Of a stretch of DNA of 64,000 bases, positions 19,231 to 26,741 are shown in pieces. Every line of letters starts with the position of its first letter. Positions within the stretch are counted from its first letter, which is position 1. The stretch is from Eubacteriales bacterium. GTDB taxonomy: Bacteria; Bacillota; Clostridia; Oscillospirales; QAKW01. The notes under the pieces were generated by a model. It ran no database searches, was not told where the DNA came from, and saw only the letters and a program-made list of their open reading frames with translations. The stretch is from positions 4,136 through 68,135 of the forward strand of contig JAZQJG010000066.1 in assembly GCA_045541535.1 (NCBI GenBank). The letters are read 5' to 3'. A program made the position numbers and the translations under genes.

Positions 19231-19764
19231 ATGTATACACCCCAACCCACCAAAACCGACCATATCACCCTGCCCGAAACGCTGTTACCCCTGCGGGAAA
19301 AGCTGGCGGAAAACGTCCATCGGGTATGGATGGAGACCCGCCTGTCCCAGGGCTGGCGCTATGGCCCCCGTCGGGACGACGAGCAACTGACCCATCCGGG
19401 GCTGGTGCCCTACGGGGAGTTGTCCGAATCGGAAAAGCGGTTTGATCGGGCCACCGCGCTGGGGACTCTTCGGCTGATTTTGGCGCTGGGCTATCGGATA
19501 ATTGCCGATGAGCAGACCGAGGGATTTCCGCCTGAGCTCTACCAACTGCAGGAGCAGATTGCCGAGGATATCCACGACATCTGGTCCAAGGGACGGCTGG
19601 AGCAGGGCTGGCGTTACGGCCCGGCGCGCAATGATGAAACGAAGGAGCACCCCTGTCTGGTGCCCTACGAGGAGCTCAGCGAGGAGGAAAAGGAATACGA
19701 CCGCCGTACCGCCTTTGAGACCTTATCCCTGATCCTTGCATTAGGTTATAAAATTTATAAATAA
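19231..19764 (+). CDS. tandem RyR (ryanodine-receptor repeat) domain protein
   Basis: Two internal repeats: AENVHRVWMETRLSQGWRYGPRRDDEQLTHPGLVPYGELSESEKRFDR..ILALGYRI and AEDIHDIWSKGRLEQGWRYGPARNDETKEHPCLVPYEELSEEEKEYDR..ILALGYKI. Confidence 0.75.
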   Translation: MYTPQPTKTDHITLPETLLPLREKLAENVHRVWMETRLSQGWRYGPRRDDEQLTHPGLVPYGELSESEKRFDRATALGTLRLILALGYRIIADEQTEGFPPELYQLQEQIAEDIHDIWSKGRLEQGWRYGPARNDETKEHPCLVPYEELSEEEKEYDRRTAFETLSLILALGYKIYK

Positions 19765-19772
19765 CGAGTAAG

Positions 19773-19805
19773 ACCGCCGTGGGAACGCCACGGCGGTTTT
19801 TTATT
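19773..19805 (+). terminator. intrinsic terminator after the RyR gene
   Basis: Perfect 10-bp stem accgccgtgg/ccacggcggt followed by T6. Confidence 0.8.
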
Positions 19806-19807
19806 TG

Positions 19808-19836
19808 TTGACAGTATATCAATAAAATTATATAAT
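19808..19836 (+). promoter_or_regulatory. consensus sigma-A promoter TTGACA-17-TATAAT
   Basis: Both hexamers are perfect with a 17-nt spacer, 40 nt upstream of the 19877 ATG. Confidence 0.7.
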
Positions 19837-19876
19837 TGTTCTATATATTGACAAATTCTGCAAAGGAAGTGCTTGT

Positions 19877-22800
19877 ATGAATAAAAGTAAAGCTTTAAGG
19901 GCAATGATGCTGACCGCTCTGCGCCGCACGGCGGCCTCCGGTATTTATAAAATTACGCCGGAGCAATTTTTACTTTGTGTGGCGGAGATCGATACGCTGA
20001 ACGCCGATTCGGAAGTGATGCGGGCGGTGGATCTGCTACGTCACAGGGCGGAGAATTTTGAGCGTTTTCAACAGGCACTGCAATATTTTCTTCGTTTAAA
20101 GCAGGGAGAGCCTGCGGAATTTGACGAGGCGCTGGAGCGTGCCGAAGAGAGAAGTCAGGCGGCGGAAAAAACGGAACTGACGCTGGATGCGCTGGTGGAG
20201 GAAATCCTGGAGGAGCCCGGCCGTAACGTGGGCTTTGCTCTGCTGTGTGAAGAAGCGGAGCTGGAATTGTTGCGGGCAGAACTGGAAGAGGAGGCGCAAG
20301 GGGCGTCTTCCGGCCGGGAGCGCACGGATGAGGAACTGTTGCAACTGCTGGAACGGTTACATCAGGTGGAACAGGAGGAAATGGCGGAGCTGATGGGAGC
20401 TCTCAATCCGGCGGATCTGGAACGGTTGGGCGAACTGCTTACCGAGCAGCATCCGGAGGTTTTGGAGGAGGATCCGGACCGTACCTATACCGATGAGGAA
20501 CTGTGGGCGCTGTGGGAGCAAATGGACGAAGCGGACGGCGACGAGGTAGACCGTGTTTTGGAGAGTTTGCCCCCCGCGGATCTGAAGCGTCTGGTGGAAC
20601 TGATTGAGGAAAAGCGAGAGGATCTGCTCACCGAACTGGCGGTGGATTTGGCAAATATGGAAGAAAAGGCGAAGGCGGAGGATTCCGCATCCGAGCTTTC
20701 GGTGGAGGAAAAGGCGAAACGTGCCATTCTCACCCTGGACCGTATGATGAAACAGGGGGATCACGTGGGGGCCTTCACAATGATCCAGAACACCGAGCCG
20801 CCCGTGGCTATGGAGATCATTTCTTTGATGCAACAGGCCGGTATGTTGGAGGAGGATGCCGCCGAGCAGTTGCGATATGCGCTGGGCGGCGAGGAAGCCC
20901 TGCAACAGAAACCCGAAGATATGGAAGAAAACAAAGGAGCCGAGGAGCCCCGTGCAACGGGCAAACTCTCGGACTTTTTGGCAGAGCTTTTGGGCACCGC
21001 CATGGCAGAGGCTGAAGAAGTGCTTGGGGAGGAGACCGAACAGGTGATCACCGAGAAAGAGGAGGCGGCAGACGTTGACGCCATCACCCGACTGGTGACC
21101 CGTGTCAACGACATTCGCACCAAGCTCCTTGGCAAGGTATTTGGTCAGGAGCACGCCGTGGACGTGTGTGTGACCGGTTTGTTTAATGCGGAGTTTGCCG
21201 CCCTCACCGGTCACGAGACCAACAAGCCCCGGGCCACCTTCCTCTTTGCCGGACCTCCCGGCGTGGGTAAGACCTATCTGGCTGAATCTATGGCTGAGCT
21301 GATGGGACTGCCCTATCTGCGGGTGGATATGAGCGAGTTTGGTAATTATCACGGCTCCGAGCGCTTTAGAAACGTTCTTCAATTCGTGAAGGAAAAGCCC
21401 AAAAGCGTTATTTTGTTTGACGAGATCGAGAAGGCCAACGGCGAGGTTATCAATCTGTTTTTGCAGATTCTGGACGCCGGCAGAGGCGGCGAGGCGCCCC
21501 GTGCGGTCAGCTTTGCCGAGACCTATCTCTTTTTTACCACCAACGTGGGTCGGGGGCTGTACGAGGGCACCGATCAGACCGATCTCTCCGGCAACAGCCG
21601 CAAGGTGATCCTGCGGGCCTTGGAGCAGGAGATCAATCCCCAGACCCGTCAGCCTATGTTCCCGGCGGCCATCTGTTCCCGCTTTGCCACCGGTAACGTG
21701 GTGATGTTCAATCACCTGCCCGCCCACCAGCTTTGTCGCATTGCCAAGGACGTGATCCTGCGGCGGGCAGAGGGTGTGGCCAACAAGATGAATCTGCAGG
21801 CGGAATTCGACCCTGCCGTTTTTTCCACCGTTCTTTTTGCCCAGGGCGGTCGGGCCGACGGCCGTACGGTAACCGCCTGTGCCAACGCCTTCTTTGAGGG
21901 TGAGCTGTACGAGCTGTTCCGTATGGTCCACAGCAAGGCGGAGGACAAGAAGATCGGCAACATCCGTCGGGTGCGCTTTACCCTGGAAATGCCCGAGGAT
22001 GAAGAACTCCGCAAGCTGTACGTGGCAGAGGAAAAAATGAAGGTGCTGATGTTTGCCGATTCCCTGACCGGCGCCCTGCAACGCCCTGCCTGTAACCAAT
22101 GTGAAATTCTGACCGTGGATAATATTCCCCAGATGGAGCTGCTGTTGGCCACCGAGCCCATCCGTCTGGTGCTGTGCGATATTTCCTACGGTTTTAAAAC
22201 CAGTGATTATCTCAACACCGAGGATTGCAGCTCCCGTGGACGGGATTGCTTTAAAAGACTGCGGGAGCGGCATCCCGCTTTGCCCGTTTATCTGCTCCAC
22301 GACGGTTTGAGTGACGAGGAAAAGGTTTCCTTTACCCGTGAAGGGGCCAGAGGATTTTTTGAGAAAACTGCCATCCATCATCCGGAGACCATGACGGCCT
22401 TGGACGAGATCGCCCTGCAGCTTCATCAGCAGGAGAGTATGTACGCCCTGGCCAGTACCAATCGTATGGTGGATTATGAAACGGCCCAGCGGATCTCCGA
22501 GGACGGCGAGAGCTGTGAGATCCGTATCTTTGATCTGTGCACTCGGGTCAACGTGGACGCCGAGGATCGCGACAGCGTGCTCTCCGCCTTGGAAAAACCG
22601 GACGTAAACTTCGCCGACGTGATCGGCGCCAAGGATGCCAAGGAAGAACTGCAGTTCTTTGTCAATTACCTGCGGGATCCCAAGGCCTTCCGCAAAAGCG
22701 GGACCAAGGCGCCCAAAGGCGTTCTGCTCTACGGCCCTCCCGGCACCGGTAAGACTATGCTGGCCAAGGCCATGGCCAACGAATCCGGCGTCACCTTTAT

Positions 22801-23920
22801 TGCCAGTGAGGGCAACGCCTTTTTGAAAAAATGGGTGGGCGAGGGCCCGCAAAAGGTGCACGAGCTGTTTGCCACCGCCCGTAAATATGCGCCCGCCATT
22901 ATTTTCGTGGACGAGATTGACGTGATCGGCAAGGAGCGCTCGGGAGACGACGGCACCGGCTACAAGCCTGACGATATTCTCACCGCGTTTCTGGCCGAGA
23001 TGGACGGCTTTGCCGCCAACCCCGACAAGCCGGTCTTTGTACTGGCCGCCACCAATTACAGCGTGGAGGCGGGCAATGCCAAGAGTCTGGACGGAGCGCT
23101 GTTGCGGCGCTTCGACCGGCGGATCCTGGTGGATCTGCCGGATAAGGAGGAACGGTTGCGCTATCTTAAACTGCGCACCGAAAAGGATACCTTCTTTAAG
23201 GTCAGCCAGGCGCAACTGGAGAGTCTGGCCGCCCGTTCGGCGGGGATGAGCCCCGCTTTGCTGGAGGGTGTGCTGGAAATGGCCAAGAGAGAAGCTCTCA
23301 AGGACGGCGCTTCCGCAGTGGACGACAATATGCTGGACCGTGCCTTTGAGACCTACAACAGCGGAGAGGAAAAGGTGTGGAATCCCGATCAGCTGGAGCG
23401 GGTGGCCTATCACGAGGCAGGACACGCCTTGCTGAGCTGGCTGGCGGGGGACAAGCCCACCTACATCACCATCGTGGCCCGTGGCAATCACGGCGGCTAT
23501 ATGCAACACGGTGATAACGAGGGCAAGGCCATCTTCACCAAGGATGAATTGTTGGCGCGCATTCGCACCTCTTTGGGTGGACGGGCCGCCGAACTGCTAC
23601 ATTACGGCGACAAAGACGGCGTAACCACCGGCGCCTCCGGTGATCTGGCCTCGGCCACCGAGCTTGCTACCCATCTGGTTTGCTCCTACGGTATGGACGC
23701 CGACTTCGGTCTGGCGGTGATTTCCCCCGAAGCGGCCTATAAGGGCGGCTTGGCGGAAGAAATCCGCGCCACCGTTAACGTCTTGCTTCAGGAACAGTTG
23801 ACCCGGGCCATCGGGCTGTTGCAGGAGCATCAGAACAAACTGGAGGCTATGGTGGAGCGCTTGTTGGACTGCAACCACCTGACTGCCGAAAAAATCGAGC
23901 AGATCTTTGCTGAAAATTAA
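19877..23920 (+). CDS. soluble dual-AAA+ metalloprotease chimera (acidic N-region, Clp-D2-like AAA+, receiver-like domain, FtsH-type AAA+ and M41 peptidase)
   Basis: Walker A FAGPPGVGKT and Walker B VILFDEIEKA, preceded by GQEHAV (Clp D2 style). Second Walker [11 protein letters not shown] and Walker B IIFVDEIDV. Zn motif HEAGH and GASGDL are present. There is no hydrophobic TM segment, unlike the canonical ftsH at 40733. Confidence 0.8.
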   Translation: MNKSKALRAMMLTALRRTAASGIYKITPEQFLLCVAEIDTLNADSEVMRAVDLLRHRAENFERFQQALQYFLRLKQGEPAEFDEALERAEERSQAAEKTELTLDALVEEILEEPGRNVGFALLCEEAELELLRAELEEEAQGASSGRERTDEELLQLLERLHQVEQEEMAELMGALNPADLERLGELLTEQHPEVLEEDPDRTYTDEELWALWEQMDEADGDEVDRVLESLPPADLKRLVELIEEKREDLLTELAVDLANMEEKAKAEDSASELSVEEKAKRAILTLDRMMKQGDHVGAFTMIQNTEPPVAMEIISLMQQAGMLEEDAAEQLRYALGGEEALQQKPEDMEENKGAEEPRATGKLSDFLAELLGTAMAEAEEVLGEETEQVITEKEEAADVDAITRLVTRVNDIRTKLLGKVFGQEHAVDVCVTGLFNAEFAALTGHETNKPRATFLFAGPPGVGKTYLAESMAELMGLPYLRVDMSEFGNYHGSERFRNVLQFVKEKPKSVILFDEIEKANGEVINLFLQILDAGRGGEAPRAVSFAETYLFFTTNVGRGLYEGTDQTDLSGNSRKVILRALEQEINPQTRQPMFPAAICSRFATGNVVMFNHLPAHQLCRIAKDVILRRAEGVANKMNLQAEFDPAVFSTVLFAQGGRADGRTVTACANAFFEGELYELFRMVHSKAEDKKIGNIRRVRFTLEMPEDEELRKLYVAEEKMKVLMFADSLTGALQRPACNQCEILTVDNIPQMELLLATEPIRLVLCDISYGFKTSDYLNTEDCSSRGRDCFKRLRERHPALPVYLLHDGLSDEEKVSFTREGARGFFEKTAIHHPETMTALDEIALQLHQQESMYALASTNRMVDYETAQRISEDGESCEIRIFDLCTRVNVDAEDRDSVLSALEKPDVNFADVIGAKDAKEELQFFVNYLRDPKAFRKSGTKAPKGVLLYGPPGTGKTMLAKAMANESGVTFIASEGNAFLKKWVGEGPQKVHELFATARKYAPAIIFVDEIDVIGKERSGDDGTGYKPDDILTAFLAEMDGFAANPDKPVFVLAATNYSVEAGNAKSLDGALLRRFDRRILVDLPDKEERLRYLKLRTEKDTFFKVSQAQLESLAARSAGMSPALLEGVLEMAKREALKDGASAVDDNMLDRAFETYNSGEEKVWNPDQLERVAYHEAGHALLSWLAGDKPTYITIVARGNHGGYMQHGDNEGKAIFTKDELLARIRTSLGGRAAELLHYGDKDGVTTGASGDLASATELATHLVCSYGMDADFGLAVISPEAAYKGGLAEEIRATVNVLLQEQLTRAIGLLQEHQNKLEAMVERLLDCNHLTAEKIEQIFAEN

Positions 23921-23927
23921 CCCTGTT

Positions 23928-23950
23928 CCCGACGGGCCTCGCCCGTCGGG
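23928..23950 (+). other. GC-rich stem-loop between the protease and membrane-protein genes (no U-tract)
   Basis: Perfect 10-bp stem cccgacgggc-ctc-gcccgtcggg followed by GGAAAGGA (the RBS of the next gene). Confidence 0.5.
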
Positions 23951-23964
23951 GGAAAGGATATGAT

Positions 23965-26499
23965 ATGCAACAGTTTTTAGAAGCCTTTTTGGCACTTCTC
24001 GGCAAGAAAACCTATCCGGCAGAGCCAAAGGTGATGCTGATCACCACGGCCCTGTCCCTGCTGGTGTTGGCGCTGGCCATCGGCATTGCGCTCAAACGAC
24101 GCAAGCCCACCGGCGGCAAGCCTTTTCCCTTTTCCCGTGGCATCGTATCGGTGGCTCTCATTGCCTTTTCGGTGTTTATCTACGTATTTCCCTTGCAGAT
24201 GTACGTGTATCTGGGAGATTATCAAGGGGAATGGGATCTGGGAGCGGCTATTGCGCTGGCCCTTTACGAAACGGTCCGTGTCTTTCTGGTGGGCGCCGAT
24301 TTTAACTTTGTGAAGGATGCCGTCAGCACCAGCTCCGATATTTTGCAGAGCTTTTGCGTGATTTACGGCGGCCTGCTGTATGCCTTGGCTCCGATGATGA
24401 CCATCGGCTTTGTGCTCTCTATGTTCAAGGATTTCTGGGCGCAGGTGCGCTTTATGATGCCCCGGTATTTCCGTACCACCTATTACGTTTTTTCCGAACT
24501 CAACGAGCGCTCTCTGGCCCTGGCCACCAGCATCTGCCGGCAATACCATTCTCCCTGGGACAGATGGTTTAGGGGGGCAAAGACTGCCTCTTTAAATGCG
24601 GCACAGCCCGTGGAGCAACCCACGCCTTACGAAGCGCAGGGCGAACTGCTGAAGAGCGTGCAGGCACAACTGGCACAGGTGGAAAAGAGGCTGCGGGAGG
24701 CGACGGGGGATGAAAAGCGGGATTCGCTTACGGTCCAACGGCAACAATTGCTGGAATTGGAGCAGACGCATCGGCATATTTTGGAAAACGCTCCGCAAGA
24801 GGTGCGGGTAAAATACCTGAAGGAAGAAGACCGGGGTGCCGCCCGAAAGTCCTCGGTCAACCGGCGGAAGCCCTATTTCGGTAAGCCCATCATCGTGTTT
24901 ACCGACGTATACGTGCAAAACGAGGAGCGACCCTACGAGCTGACCGCCAGAGCCAGAGAATTGGGCGCTATCTGCCTGAAAAAGGATATTACCACCCTGA
25001 ACGTACATAAACGGTGGAACGGTGTGGAGTTTTACGTCATAGGCGAGAACGAATCGGAAAATCTGCATCACGCCTTGCATCTGGTGGAGCAATGCGCCCA
25101 GCGTCCGGTAAAGGTGCGCCGCAGAGTGTATATCTTCGCTCGCACCGAAACGGCGGCCCATATCATTGATTCGGCCCAAGGACAGGAGTTGACGGAACTG
25201 CGGGAGCAGTTAAAAGAATCCTTTGCAAAAAATGAAGAAAAATTTGCCGCCAACACAGAGGATCCCGGCCTGATCAAGGCCAATATTCAAAAAATGCTGC
25301 AGGCCCATCAACGGATGAGCGACGAGCGGCTTATGATCCGCAGGGTGGACGACGTGCAACTGTTGGTACTGCGCACTTTGAGGCAGGCAAAGCTCTTTGA
25401 ATCCGCCAAAAGCACCGGCAAGATCTGTATCACCGTGGCCGGTATGGGCGAATACGGCAGAGCCTTTGTTAAAACCGCCCTGTGGTTTTGCCAGACCGAG
25501 GATTATTTTCTGGAGCTCAACGTGATTGATGAAAACGGTGATGCCCAGCAACGGCTGTGGCACGAATGCCCCGAGCTGATGGCCCGTAACGGCGTCGTTG
25601 AGGCAGGGGAGGCCCGTTACAGTATGCGGTTTTTCAGCGGTGTCAACTGCTTTGACAAAACGCTGGACGAATTGCTGGAGGGCAAGAAGGGCTTTACCGC
25701 AGAGGATGCCGCCCGTCTGGGCCGCACCACCCATCTGTTTATCGCCTTGGGCGACGATGATCGCAATATTGAGGCGGCAATGATGTTCCGCAATCGCTTT
25801 GATCGCCTGCGGGGCTTTCGGGCCAATAAGAAGATCAAACCGGAAGAGGAAACTCTTGCCATCTATGCCGTGGTCTACGACGATCAAAAGGCGCACAATC
25901 TGGATATTTCCGAGAATGACAAGCAGACGCTGATCAACCACGAGAGCATCCCTTATAATATCAATTTCATCGGCAGTATGAGTGAGCAATATCGGTACGA
26001 CTTTTTCCACGACGACGAGGAGGAGCATCGGGCCTTTGCCTATCATATGGATTGGGCGGCCTCGGAATTTGCCATCCGTCTGGCAGAAGCCCGCAGGCAG
26101 GGCGCCGTGGCGGTGGATCTTACCTATTTGGATCAGTTGTCCGACCCCGAAGAAGCCTATCAAGATATTATGAAATACGAGCAGTACGAGTATTATCGGG
26201 AGTCCTCCCTGGCCAAGATGCACCATCGAGAAGCCAGTCTGGATGCCATGCCCAAACGACTGCTTTGTCACTACGTCTTACCCACGGAAACGCCGGAAAG
26301 ACGGCGACAGGTGAAACCCTACGTTGGCTGTCAGTGTGAGAACTGTCAGCGCCGCCGTCGCAGTGAGCATATGCGCTGGAACGCCTATATGCGCGCCCAG
26401 GGCTACGTTTTCGGTCCCCGCAAGGCCACCCGCGGCAAGGTCCACGCAGATCTCAAGCCCTTTGCCGGGCTACCCCTTCACGAGCAGCTTAAGGATTAA
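23965..26499 (+). CDS. membrane protein with Rossmann-like (TrkA-N-like) central region and C-terminal RyR-like domain
   Basis: About 4 N-terminal hydrophobic segments, a coiled-coil-like stretch and a glycine loop ICITVAGMGEYG. The C-terminus SEHMRWNAYMRAQGYVFGPRKATRGKVHADLKPFAGLPLHEQ resembles the RyR repeat of the 19231 gene. Confidence 0.65.
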   Translation: MQQFLEAFLALLGKKTYPAEPKVMLITTALSLLVLALAIGIALKRRKPTGGKPFPFSRGIVSVALIAFSVFIYVFPLQMYVYLGDYQGEWDLGAAIALALYETVRVFLVGADFNFVKDAVSTSSDILQSFCVIYGGLLYALAPMMTIGFVLSMFKDFWAQVRFMMPRYFRTTYYVFSELNERSLALATSICRQYHSPWDRWFRGAKTASLNAAQPVEQPTPYEAQGELLKSVQAQLAQVEKRLREATGDEKRDSLTVQRQQLLELEQTHRHILENAPQEVRVKYLKEEDRGAARKSSVNRRKPYFGKPIIVFTDVYVQNEERPYELTARARELGAICLKKDITTLNVHKRWNGVEFYVIGENESENLHHALHLVEQCAQRPVKVRRRVYIFARTETAAHIIDSAQGQELTELREQLKESFAKNEEKFAANTEDPGLIKANIQKMLQAHQRMSDERLMIRRVDDVQLLVLRTLRQAKLFESAKSTGKICITVAGMGEYGRAFVKTALWFCQTEDYFLELNVIDENGDAQQRLWHECPELMARNGVVEAGEARYSMRFFSGVNCFDKTLDELLEGKKGFTAEDAARLGRTTHLFIALGDDDRNIEAAMMFRNRFDRLRGFRANKKIKPEEETLAIYAVVYDDQKAHNLDISENDKQTLINHESIPYNINFIGSMSEQYRYDFFHDDEEEHRAFAYHMDWAASEFAIRLAEARRQGAVAVDLTYLDQLSDPEEAYQDIMKYEQYEYYRESSLAKMHHREASLDAMPKRLLCHYVLPTETPERRRQVKPYVGCQCENCQRRRRSEHMRWNAYMRAQGYVFGPRKATRGKVHADLKPFAGLPLHEQLKD

Positions 26500-26511
26500 C
26501 TTAAGTTTTGC

Positions 26512-26540
26512 TTGACAAAAATTCGGGCCCTCATTATAAT
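26512..26540 (+). promoter_or_regulatory. consensus sigma-A promoter TTGACA-17-TATAAT
   Basis: Perfect hexamers with a 17-nt spacer, directly upstream of the riboswitch. Confidence 0.7.
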
Positions 26541-26549
26541 ATTAATAGT

Positions 26550-26716
26550 GATTCCCAATGAGGGAGTAGCAACCGTCCGTCGGACGGAGTTCGGTCAACA
26601 ATCGGCATTTTGCCTGGCCGACTTTAAACTGCGAGACTCATGTATGATCCTTTCGACGTACATCGGTCGGCTAAAACATCCAAACCCGTGTACACTAAAG
26701 GTGTACGCGGGTTTTT
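26550..26716 (+). promoter_or_regulatory. yybP-ykoY (Mn2+) riboswitch with terminator expression platform
   Basis: AAUGAGGGAGUAGC (26557-26570), GGUCAACAAUCGGCAU and UUUAAACUGCGAGACUCAU match the conserved cores. P1 is aatgag/ctcat. The terminator aaacccgtgtacac-taaag-gtgtacgcgggttt plus T5 lies at 26682-26716. Confidence 0.7.
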
Positions 26717-26741
26717 CAATTTACACAAGGGAGAACAAGGT

